Source: Oscillospiraceae bacterium (GTDB taxonomy: Bacteria > Bacillota > Clostridia > Oscillospirales > Oscillospiraceae). Taken from it: a DNA stretch of 64,000 bases. The stretch is taken from assembly GCA_015067615.1 (NCBI GenBank), contig SVMD01000012.1, positions 3,718-67,717 of the forward strand. Reading direction: 5' to 3'. The notes under the pieces were generated by a model. That model was not told the DNA's origin and searched no databases. It saw nothing but the letters and a program-made list of their open reading frames with translations. This document shows positions 28,443-37,027 of the stretch, in pieces. The translations under genes were made by a program, and so were the position numbers. Within the stretch, counting starts at the first letter, position 1; the number at the start of each line of letters is the position of its first letter.

Positions 28443-28470
28443 ATCATACTCTATTTTTCCCAAAAGTCAA
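28443..28470 (-). promoter_or_regulatory. Putative sigma-A promoter of clpB
   Basis: The minus strand reads TTGACT (complement of 28465-28470), 16 nt, TATGAT (complement of 28443-28448). It sits immediately upstream of CIRCE. Confidence 0.55.
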
Positions 28471-28646
28471 GGGCTGCAACAAATTGTTTACAACTGTGCA
28501 TCCTGCACAAAACGCATAGCCTTGTTTTTCTCCGCTTCATACTTTTTTAATAAACTTACCCTTATTTTTTAAAAGTAACAGGTTATAATATAGATAAATA
28601 AATTGTTTTCTTTCTTTTTCATTTTCTTACCTCTCTTTTTCTCTCG

Positions 28647-28689
28647 AAAAATCCCCGATGCGGTCTGGTCAACCACATCGGGGATTTTT
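28647..28689. terminator. Terminator hairpin after the MBOAT-DHHW operon
   Basis: AAAAATCCCCGATG ... CATCGGGGATTTTT (28647-28660 / 28676-28689). A/T runs on both sides make it potentially bidirectional. Confidence 0.65.
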
Positions 28690-28695
28690 CACGTT

Positions 28696-30042
28696 TTATT
28701 TTGCCAGTCGTTCCAGCAGCGTAATGTAGTTCTCGGAATTGAGCATCATGGGATAGTTGATCACCAGGCACTGGTCCACACCCTGGGCATCCGCAAAAGC
28801 CTTCAGATCGATATCATTGTTGTCACTGAAATATTCGCGGGGATCGATCAGGATGATCTTGGAATAGTGGCTGGTAAGCCAGGAGATCAGGGCATTGCCG
28901 TAGGATTCCTTGATCACCAGAATGGTGGGGCCCTGGCTGTCGGTGGTGACAACGGTCACATTGTGGTCGCCGCCCATAAAGGTCAGATACTTGTTGGATT
29001 CCTGTTCATTGACCCGACAGATGGTGCCCATCAGCACGCCATTGGTCAGATTCGTGTTGGAATAATAGTAGGTTTCGCAGTTGGCGTAGGGCTTCCAGTA
29101 ATCCAGCGTATCCGGATTGTTCTTCAGGACAGAACTCTGGGGATAGTTTGCCAGATAGGTATACATGGAGCCCACAAAACTCTCATGGGAGCCTGTATCG
29201 AATTTGCTGCGGGGCTCGGCAGTAAAGCCCACTGCGTCACACAAGGCTGTGTAGGCATAATAGGCACCCAGATGGGTCCAGTGGTGATCCGTACGGAAAT
29301 AGAGGTACTCATCCATATGCCGTGCCAGCGTGGTGTAGGCATCGACAAACTTGACATTGGCATCCAGCTCATCCCGAACCAGATCGAACATAGCCTTCTG
29401 ATCCCGGGCACCGGTACGGTACTCTTCGCTGGCATAGAAAGCGGCGGCATTGGGTACGGGCATACTGATGGTCTGCACATCACTGCCAAGGAGCGCGGCC
29501 AGAGCATTTACCGCGGCAGCGTAGGAGCGGATCTGCTCACCGTTGGCCACGGGAATATCCATGGCCCGGTCCCCCACCAGGATCAAGTTGCCCAACTGCT
29601 CCGTTTTGGCGCTGGGTTCGGTGATCTCCGGGATCTTCTCCTCCGAGGGCGAGGTGGAATCCGCAGGCGAAGTGTCGGCACTGGGGTCGGTGGCCTCCGG
29701 ATTCTGCAGTGCCTGACCATGCTGCGCCGCGTTGGAATCGAAGTTGATGACAAGAGAAGCGTCACCCTCACCGGAAAGGCCGCTGAAATAGTAGAAAGCA
29801 TTGAGCCGCTTATTGTTTTCCATCAGGTTCTCACGGCCGGGGAAGGTATCGGCGTAGTACTCCTGAAGGGCAGTGGTAAAGCTGCCGTCGATGAGACTGG
29901 ACAGGGTGATCTTGGGAAAACTCTTCAAATTTCGGTTTTCTGACTGGGAGAAGGTAGGGTCCTTGTCAAACAGGGACACCACACCTACGGACAGCAGGAG
30001 CAGAAGGAGCAACCCGCACAGAATATTGTAGATTTTTTTCAT
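28696..30042 (-). CDS. DHHW-family protein (AlgJ/AlgX/PatB-like SGNH O-acyltransferase partner), membrane-anchored
   Basis: 448 aa with an N-terminal TM, the literal DHHW motif (FRTDHHWTHLGAYYAY), and a position directly downstream of an MBOAT gene. Confidence 0.8.
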   Translation of the reverse strand: MKKIYNILCGLLLLLLLSVGVVSLFDKDPTFSQSENRNLKSFPKITLSSLIDGSFTTALQEYYADTFPGRENLMENNKRLNAFYYFSGLSGEGDASLVINFDSNAAQHGQALQNPEATDPSADTSPADSTSPSEEKIPEITEPSAKTEQLGNLILVGDRAMDIPVANGEQIRSYAAAVNALAALLGSDVQTISMPVPNAAAFYASEEYRTGARDQKAMFDLVRDELDANVKFVDAYTTLARHMDEYLYFRTDHHWTHLGAYYAYTALCDAVGFTAEPRSKFDTGSHESFVGSMYTYLANYPQSSVLKNNPDTLDYWKPYANCETYYYSNTNLTNGVLMGTICRVNEQESNKYLTFMGGDHNVTVVTTDSQGPTILVIKESYGNALISWLTSHYSKIILIDPREYFSDNNDIDLKAFADAQGVDQCLVINYPMMLNSENYITLLERLAK

Positions 30043-30054
30043 CCGGGCACCTCC

Positions 30055-31536
30055 TTAGAAATTGCCATAGATGGACGGGGCGCTGGTGGAACCCACCAGA
30101 GAAATGGTACACAGCCACAGAAGCAGGCACATGACGAGCACAGAAACAACCAGATGGACAATCCGCAGGGACGTAATCTGATTGGGCTTCTCCCGACGGC
30201 GTCCCATACCGCAAATACCGCTGAAAATCTGTTTTGCGTAAACAGGGGCAGGAGTACAGCCGATGAAGCAAACCAGCAACAGGGGCAGACTGTTCAGGAT
30301 CCGGGTACCCAGACCAGGGGCACCAAAACCGCCGAAGCCCAGCATGGCAGCAAACGCAGCCTGCAGGTCGGTAAAGTTCTCATGAGAGAAGATGATCCAG
30401 CCCACCAGCACCAGCCACAGGGTGATGCAGCGGCAGACCCAGTCAGGAAGTGCCTCCAGGGTGGACATGTAGTGCTTTTCCACCACCAGGATCACAAAGA
30501 AGTACAGGCCCCAGATGACAAAGTTCCAGCTGGCACCGTGCCACAGGCCAGTGAGGGTCCAGACCACAAACATATTGAAAACCTGACGGGGTTTGCCCAT
30601 CCGGTTGCCACCCAAGGGGATGTACACATAATCCCGGAAGAAACTGCCCAGGCTCATGTGCCAGCGGCGCCAGAATTCGGTAATGGACAGGGACAGGTAG
30701 GGACGGTCAAAGTTCTCGCAATACCGGAATCCAAAAATTTTGCCAAGACCGATAGCCATATCGGAGTAGCCGGAGAAATCATAGTAGATCTGGAACATAA
30801 AGAGAACCGCAGCAAACCAGACACCCACCAGGGTGGTATCCGCACCGCCGGAATTCAGCTCAGCGAGAATTTTGCCACAGTAATCGGCAAGCAGCACCTT
30901 CTTGGCCAGGCCAAAGAAAAACCGCTGCATACCCTCAAACATGGCCCGGGGATGATGCTTCCGGACCTCAAGCTGATCCACGATCTGTTCATAACGAACA
31001 ATGGGGCCCTGGAGCAGTTTGGGGAACATCATGAAGTACAGAAGCAAATTTCTGAATTTTTCTTCCGGATCAATTTTACGGTTGTAAACATCAACCAGAT
31101 AGGAAATTGCGGAGAAAGCATAGAAGGAAATACCAATGGGCAGGACAGTTGTGGGTTCCCGAAAGCTGAACCCGATTCCGTTGAGCGCCTTAATCAGCGC
31201 TTTCAGACCGCCCAACAGCAATCCGCCATCCACACCCAGGCCGATGGTGCTGAGGAAAAAATCCAAATACTTGAACACTGCAAGCACCGCAATGTTAACC
31301 GCTACAGGAATCAGAAGGCTGCTTCGTTCCTCAGAATTGATCCGGAGAGCAAATCTGTAGTTCAGATAGCTCAGTCCCACCATCAATACCATATAAACGG
31401 GCTGTCCCATGGAATAGAACACAAGACTGATTATAGTCAGCGCCAGATTTTTCCGATTCATATCCCGCATCAGAAAGTAGATCAGAAGCACTGCAGGTAA
31501 CAGTAAATATAGAAACAGCAAATTGGAAAACTCCAC
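30055..31536 (-). CDS. MBOAT-family membrane-bound O-acyltransferase (AlgI/DltB/PatA-like)
   Basis: 493 aa, multi-TM, with the conserved MBOAT block (FWRRWHMSLGSFFRDYVYIPLGGNR...TLTGLWHGASWNF). Apparent GTG start behind GAGGTGA. Confidence 0.9.
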   Translation of the reverse strand: MEFSNLLFLYLLLPAVLLIYFLMRDMNRKNLALTIISLVFYSMGQPVYMVLMVGLSYLNYRFALRINSEERSSLLIPVAVNIAVLAVFKYLDFFLSTIGLGVDGGLLLGGLKALIKALNGIGFSFREPTTVLPIGISFYAFSAISYLVDVYNRKIDPEEKFRNLLLYFMMFPKLLQGPIVRYEQIVDQLEVRKHHPRAMFEGMQRFFFGLAKKVLLADYCGKILAELNSGGADTTLVGVWFAAVLFMFQIYYDFSGYSDMAIGLGKIFGFRYCENFDRPYLSLSITEFWRRWHMSLGSFFRDYVYIPLGGNRMGKPRQVFNMFVVWTLTGLWHGASWNFVIWGLYFFVILVVEKHYMSTLEALPDWVCRCITLWLVLVGWIIFSHENFTDLQAAFAAMLGFGGFGAPGLGTRILNSLPLLLVCFIGCTPAPVYAKQIFSGICGMGRRREKPNQITSLRIVHLVVSVLVMCLLLWLCTISLVGSTSAPSIYGNF

Positions 31537-31626
31537 GTATGGTCACCTCACTGAAAAGTCATTTTTCGTCTATATTTTACATTTATACCACATAATGCTG
31601 CCCGTTTCAACCCAAAATTCTGCAGA

Positions 31627-31665
31627 GAAAAAAGCGTGCTCCGTTGCCGGAGCACGCTTTCTTTT
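31627..31665. terminator. Terminator hairpin at the end of the opp-DUF3899 operon
   Basis: AGCGTGCTCC-gttgcc-GGAGCACGCT (31633-31658), flanked by A- and T-runs. Confidence 0.7.
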
Positions 31666-32089
31666 ATTTTTGATAGAGGCTGTAGAACAGAATCATGAAG
31701 ATCAGCGCAAAACCCATACATACCAGGCCGGTCACATACAGGAAACCATAGCCCTTTGCACGATTGGCCCGCTTGTACTCCACGTACTCATAGTAACGTT
31801 CCATTTTCAGCGCCATACCGGGGATCAGCATTCGAACCGCGTTTTTCAGTACATACGTCACACCATCCAGAGCACCCTGGCTGCTCAGGGTCATCATACA
31901 CCCAAGCATCAGAAACAGCAGGCCGGGAATTGTAAACGCATCACACAGGATCAAATACAAGTCAACCTGTTCCGTGGCTGAGGGATTGGTAAAATCCACA
32001 CGCATATACACAAAAGCAAACGCAAGTACAAGGCTGATACCCATTGAAATACCATACTTGATCAGCGCCTTGGAAAGAGGGGTTCTCAC
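31664..32089 (-). CDS. DUF3899 domain-containing small membrane protein
   Basis: 141 aa, 3-4 TM. Its GTG start overlaps the TGA stop of the upstream ATPase gene (GTGA), which suggests translational coupling. Confidence 0.7.
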   Translation of the reverse strand: MRTPLSKALIKYGISMGISLVLAFAFVYMRVDFTNPSATEQVDLYLILCDAFTIPGLLFLMLGCMMTLSSQGALDGVTYVLKNAVRMLIPGMALKMERYYEYVEYKRANRAKGYGFLYVTGLVCMGFALIFMILFYSLYQK

Positions 32090-33300
32090 AGACCCAGCTC
32101 CTTCTTGTACTTTGCCTCCTCTGCATCATTGCAGTAGACAAAGTGGCCGGGCTTGATCTCACGCAGGGTGGGCTTGTCCACAGAGTAGTCATGCTCAGCC
32201 AGAGAGTTGTAGGTGATTCTCTGGCGATTCTTCTCAGAGTGGGGATCAGGCAAAGGAATGGCGGAAAGCAGGCTGCGGGTATAGGGATGCAGGGGGTGCT
32301 CAAACAGCTCATCAGAGGAAGCCAGTTCCACCATCTTACCGAAGTACATAACACCGATACGGTCGGAGAAGTACTTAACCACGGACAGGTCATGGGCAAT
32401 GAACAGGATGGTCAGATCCAGGGTGTCCCGGAGCTCATTGAGCAGGTTGATGACCTGAGCCTGGATGGAAACGTCCAGAGCGGAAATGGGCTCGTCGGCA
32501 ATCAGCAGGTCGGGGCGCATGATGACCGCACGGGCGATGCCGATACGCTGACGCTGACCGCCGGAGAACTCATGGGGATAACGGCCCGCATGCTCCCGAA
32601 CCAGGCCAACCAGTTCCAGAATTTCAAAGACCTTCTCATCAATATAAGCCTGATCCTTGATGCCGTTGATAACCAGGCCCTCGGCAATGATCTCCTTAAC
32701 GGTCATACGGGGATTCAGAGAAGCGATGGGATCCTGGAAGATCATCTGGATCTGGGTAATCAGCTTGGTGCGCTTGGCGATCCGCTGCTGATCCTTAAAT
32801 TCCTTCTGCAGCTGAGCCTGCTTCTCGGCATCACCGGAAGCGGCAGCCAGCTTAGCCTGGTACTCTTCTTCGTTCTTCTTCTGCAGAGTCTTGGCGTACT
32901 CTCTGTCGGAATACTTGTGATCGAACTTTGCCTTCTCAATCTCCTTCTTCAGCTCTGCGATCCGGGCCTCGCCCTGGGCGATCTTCTCGGAAGCATCGGC
33001 AGCGCCGGAAGCCTTGATTTCCTTGATCTCGGACTTAATCTGCTTGATCTCGTCCTTGTAAGCCTTGGTGCCGGCGCAGATGCGCTGACCCTTGAAGTAG
33101 ATGCTGCCGGAGGTGATGTCATAGATCTTAATGATGGAACGGCCAGTGGTGGTCTTGCCGCAGCCGGACTCGCCGACCAGGCCGAAAACTTCACCCTTCT
33201 TGATCTCGAAGCTGACATCGTCGACGGCCTTGGTGGGGCCGAAATACTGGCACAGATGCTCAACCTTCAGCAGAGTCTCTCTCTCATTCACATTAGCCAT
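32086..33300 (-). CDS. Opp/Dpp-type ABC ATPase (OppF-like) with an insertion of about 100 aa
   Basis: Walker A GESGCGKTT, Q-loop MIFQDP, signature FSGGQRQRIGIARA, Walker B LLIADEPISALD and the oligopeptide C-terminal domain. A K/E/A-rich segment lies between Walker A and the Q-loop. The start is set at MANVNE behind AGGAGG. Confidence 0.88.
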   Translation of the reverse strand: MANVNERETLLKVEHLCQYFGPTKAVDDVSFEIKKGEVFGLVGESGCGKTTTGRSIIKIYDITSGSIYFKGQRICAGTKAYKDEIKQIKSEIKEIKASGAADASEKIAQGEARIAELKKEIEKAKFDHKYSDREYAKTLQKKNEEEYQAKLAAASGDAEKQAQLQKEFKDQQRIAKRTKLITQIQMIFQDPIASLNPRMTVKEIIAEGLVINGIKDQAYIDEKVFEILELVGLVREHAGRYPHEFSGGQRQRIGIARAVIMRPDLLIADEPISALDVSIQAQVINLLNELRDTLDLTILFIAHDLSVVKYFSDRIGVMYFGKMVELASSDELFEHPLHPYTRSLLSAIPLPDPHSEKNRQRITYNSLAEHDYSVDKPTLREIKPGHFVYCNDAEEAKYKKELGL

Positions 33301-35449
33301 TCTGTGCACCTCCTGCCTTCTGCTTCATTCTTGCAATACGGTCGGTAATAATCTTGGGGATCTCAACCTTGGGTGCATCGGGATGCAGCAGCCAGGTTGC
33401 GGCCCTGTGGGTCTCGGAGATTTCGAACATGGGGGGCTGCTCCTCAAAGTCGATCTTCATTGCGTACTTGTTACGGGCAGCAAAGGCATCGCCAACGGGA
33501 GGATAGATCATGTTCGGGGGAGTACCGGGGATGGCATCCAGCTTTTCCTTGGTATCCAGGTCAGGCATGGAGGACAGCAGCGCCCAGGTATAGGGGTGGC
33601 GGGGATCGTAGAAGATGTCGTCAGCAGTGCCGTATTCCACGATCTTGCCGGCGTACATAACGGCAATGTCGTCTGCCATGTTTGCCACAACACCCAGGTC
33701 ATGGGTGATGAAGATAACAGACAGGTTGCGCTCTGCCTTCAGACGGTTGATCAGCTCCAGGATCTGAGCCTGGATGGTCACGTCCAGAGCAGTGGTAGGC
33801 TCGTCACAGATCAGGATCTCGGGGTCGGCGGACAGAGCAATCGCGATAACAATACGCTGACGCATACCGCCGGAGAACTCGAAGGGATACTGATTGTAAC
33901 GCATACGGGGTTCGGCAATACCGACCTCTTCCATCAGCTTGATGGCCTTCTCCTTAGCCATGGCGGGAGTGACCTTGTAAACAGCCTTAGAAGACTTGTC
34001 CTTCAGGCTTTCGATAATGGCAACACAGCGCTCGTGATAATCCACGTTGGCAGCATCGGCAATGTAGCCTTCGTAGCGGGACTTCAGGCCGGTAATAACC
34101 TTGACCAGTTCATTCTTCAGCTCGTCCAGATCAAAGACCATCTTGGGAACGACCTTCCAGTCAACGTTCTTACCTCGGGCGATCAGAGCTTCACGCTTCT
34201 TGGACTGACGGGCGAAGCGTGCCTCCTCCTTGGGGTTGTTCTTCATATAATAGAAGTACTTTTCAATTCCGCTGACCAGTCTGCTGCGGAAGGTATATGC
34301 CAGGGAGTCCTTGTTGATCTCCAGCGGATCAATGGAATCCTCAACCAGCTTGGCCAGGGATTCTGCGTAAGCCAGAGCAGCCTTCTTCTCAAAGTCAGCC
34401 TGGAAGTAAGGAACAGCCTTTTCCAGCTCGCCCAGGACATTCTTCTTCTTTTCCAGAGCAGTCTGGAAAGAGTTCTCGACGCCCTTCTTCTGGATGGCCA
34501 TGAACTCAGTCATGAAATTCTCTTCCAGATACTTCCGGCTCATAGCGTTCAGCTCAGCAACAGGCATGCTGTAGATATTGGTCTCGGGATTCTTGAGGGC
34601 ATAGAAGCCGATCTCGAAGAAATCGGGACGGTCCTGCTCAACCATCTCCTTCATCAGGTCCCGGGCAGTGTTCAGCACAGACTCCAGCTCGGGGGTCAGG
34701 CCCTCGGTCTTGGAATCATAGCTGCTCACGACAGCCTCCAGCTGCTTGGAAACAGCGGCAAGGCGGTCAGTAAAGTTATTGGTCAGGAAGGGAGAGTTCA
34801 GGTTCTTGATATTCTTCAGATAGCCCCGCAGCTCAGCCTTAACATCCAGCTTCTGCTTCTTGTCCAGACGGAAGGTAACATCTTCGATGGATTCCATCAT
34901 GGCCAGGGCATTAGAATGGGCGTTATTATAGGTGTTCTCCAGCTTGTTGGCTTCCAGGGAGAACTTCTTGAAGGTATCGCACAGAGCCTTCACCTGGGCT
35001 TCGTTGCCATTGGCCTGAACCATAAACTTCTGCAGCAGGCCCAGCAGCGCATCAAACTCAGCCTTGGCCTCACGGCGGCTGGTCTTGTTCTTCAGCAGCA
35101 TAGCCTCGGTGATCTGCTTGCCGATCTTAACGATGGGGTTCAGGGAAGACAGGGGGTCCTGGAAGATCATGGAGATCTTATCACCACGGATCTTGCACAT
35201 TTCCTCTTCCGTGATCTTCAGCAGGTCCTTGCCGTCGTAGAGGATCTCGCCGCCCTCGATGATGGAGTTACCGGCCAGGATGCCCAGAATGGCCTTGGAG
35301 GTTACGGACTTACCGGAACCGGACTCGCCGACGATGGCGACGGTTCTGCCCCGCTCCAGGTCAAAGGAGATATTGCGGACAGCCTTCACAGTACCGCCAG
35401 AGGTACGGAAAGAGATTTTTAAATTTTTAACTTCCAAAATCTTATCCAT
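33293..35449 (-). CDS. Opp/Dpp-type ABC ATPase (OppD-like) with an insertion of about 365 aa
   Basis: 718 aa: Walker A GESGSGKSV, Q-loop MIFQDP (about res 95), then about 365 aa of non-ABC sequence, then signature FSGGMRQR (about res 526), Walker B LICDEPTTALD and the oligopeptide C-terminal domain. Confidence 0.88.
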   Translation of the reverse strand: MDKILEVKNLKISFRTSGGTVKAVRNISFDLERGRTVAIVGESGSGKSVTSKAILGILAGNSIIEGGEILYDGKDLLKITEEEMCKIRGDKISMIFQDPLSSLNPIVKIGKQITEAMLLKNKTSRREAKAEFDALLGLLQKFMVQANGNEAQVKALCDTFKKFSLEANKLENTYNNAHSNALAMMESIEDVTFRLDKKQKLDVKAELRGYLKNIKNLNSPFLTNNFTDRLAAVSKQLEAVVSSYDSKTEGLTPELESVLNTARDLMKEMVEQDRPDFFEIGFYALKNPETNIYSMPVAELNAMSRKYLEENFMTEFMAIQKKGVENSFQTALEKKKNVLGELEKAVPYFQADFEKKAALAYAESLAKLVEDSIDPLEINKDSLAYTFRSRLVSGIEKYFYYMKNNPKEEARFARQSKKREALIARGKNVDWKVVPKMVFDLDELKNELVKVITGLKSRYEGYIADAANVDYHERCVAIIESLKDKSSKAVYKVTPAMAKEKAIKLMEEVGIAEPRMRYNQYPFEFSGGMRQRIVIAIALSADPEILICDEPTTALDVTIQAQILELINRLKAERNLSVIFITHDLGVVANMADDIAVMYAGKIVEYGTADDIFYDPRHPYTWALLSSMPDLDTKEKLDAIPGTPPNMIYPPVGDAFAARNKYAMKIDFEEQPPMFEISETHRAATWLLHPDAPKVEIPKIITDRIARMKQKAGGAQNG

Positions 35450-35451
35450 AA

Positions 35452-37023
35452 TTATTCCTCCACGCCGCGCAGTGCGGGGTTGAATGCATCCCGCAGGCCG
35501 TTACCGAACAGGTTGAAGCAGATCATCAGCAGGCTGATCACGATTGCGGGGTAAATCATCAGATGGGGGTAGTTGGTCCAGATACCGCTTGCGTCGGCCA
35601 GCAGAGTGCCCAGAGAGGTGGACTCAGCGGTGCCCAGCTTCACGATGCCCAGGAAGGACAGCATGGACTCAGAGAGCATGGTGCTGGGGATGGCCAGAGC
35701 GGAAGAGGTGATGATGGTACCCAGAGAGTTGGGGAAGATGTGCTTCCAGATGATTCTGCTGTCCCGGGCGCCCAGGGTCCGGGCTGCCATGACGTATTCC
35801 TGGGTCTTGAAGCGGTAGAACTGGGTACGCACACGGCTTGCGGTGCTGATCCAGCCGGTGACCACGTAGGCAAACAGCAGGCAGGGAATTGCGCCCAATT
35901 TCTGCGACAGATGGATCTGGAACAGAGTTGCCACAACGATGAAGGGAACGTTCCACAGAATATCGGAGATACGCTCCATGACGATATCCACGGTGCCGCC
36001 GTAGTAGCCTTCGATGGCGCCGTAGATGGAGCCCAGAACGAAGTTGATCACACAGACGAACACAGCGACCAGCAGGGACAGCTTAATGCCGCCGGCGATA
36101 CGCAGGGCCAAGTCATAGCCCTGGGAGTCGGTGCCCATGATATAGTCGGGGGTGGAGCCGTACAGGTACTGATAGTAGTTGTAGTACAGAACACGAACCT
36201 TCAGCTGAGCGGTTTCGAAGGTGCCGCCGCCGGTGTACTCCCAGTAGATGGGATCACCGTTGGCATCACGCTTGTAGTTGTCCTCCAGCATCATGCCTTC
36301 GCCATACTCGATAGTCTTGGCCTTGCCGTTTTCATCGGTCACAACGGGAGTACCCTTGTTGGACTTGTACCAGTAGTTGGCATCCTGGTTGTCCATGCAC
36401 CACTTGTTGTTCTCGATCAGGGGATACAGGACCTTCTTGCCGGTCTCGGCTTCCCAGTCCAGAATGTTCTGCAGCTCATCCTGCTTGATGGAGCGGTAGA
36501 AGAAGCCGACTTCCAGGTAAGAGTCGATACGGCCGGAGAAGGACTTGGACTCCTTCTTGCCGGGGCCGATGACGGTCTTGGGCTCGCCAATCTCCAGCAT
36601 GGGCTGGTATTCGCTTGCCAGACCCTCTTCCAGAGAAACGCCTCTGCCGTCCCAGTCCTCAGCACCGATGCCCATAGCAACAGCCTTGACCAGGCCCTTT
36701 TCGGAGAAGTCGCGGTCAACACCGCCGTCCATAATGCCAAACTCACGAAGAGAAGCAACACGGGAGGGCTTCTTGGCGTACATGTTAACCATGAAGGTGG
36801 ACTCGTGGCTGGTGATCAGCAGAGGAGCCAGGAATGCGTACAGGATGATGCACACAATGATCACGGTAGCCACGACGGAAGCCTTGGACTTGCGGAAGCG
36901 GATCCAGGCATCCTTGAAATAGCTGACGGGCTTGTCGTCAAACTTCTGGTCAGTCAGCCGCTCACCCTCGTTGACAAAGGTGAACTTATCCGTGGGAATA
37001 TGATTATAATTCTTTTCTGCCAT
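35452..37023 (-). CDS. Opp/Dpp-type ABC permease (OppC-like) with an enlarged extracytoplasmic loop
   Basis: 523 aa: TM1 (about res 48-70), then about 225 aa of hydrophilic sequence before the conserved GTDSQGYDLALRIAGG motif, followed by a standard 5-TM BPD core. Confidence 0.88.
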   Translation of the reverse strand: MAEKNYNHIPTDKFTFVNEGERLTDQKFDDKPVSYFKDAWIRFRKSKASVVATVIIVCIILYAFLAPLLITSHESTFMVNMYAKKPSRVASLREFGIMDGGVDRDFSEKGLVKAVAMGIGAEDWDGRGVSLEEGLASEYQPMLEIGEPKTVIGPGKKESKSFSGRIDSYLEVGFFYRSIKQDELQNILDWEAETGKKVLYPLIENNKWCMDNQDANYWYKSNKGTPVVTDENGKAKTIEYGEGMMLEDNYKRDANGDPIYWEYTGGGTFETAQLKVRVLYYNYYQYLYGSTPDYIMGTDSQGYDLALRIAGGIKLSLLVAVFVCVINFVLGSIYGAIEGYYGGTVDIVMERISDILWNVPFIVVATLFQIHLSQKLGAIPCLLFAYVVTGWISTASRVRTQFYRFKTQEYVMAARTLGARDSRIIWKHIFPNSLGTIITSSALAIPSTMLSESMLSFLGIVKLGTAESTSLGTLLADASGIWTNYPHLMIYPAIVISLLMICFNLFGNGLRDAFNPALRGVEE

Positions 37024-37027
37024 AATA

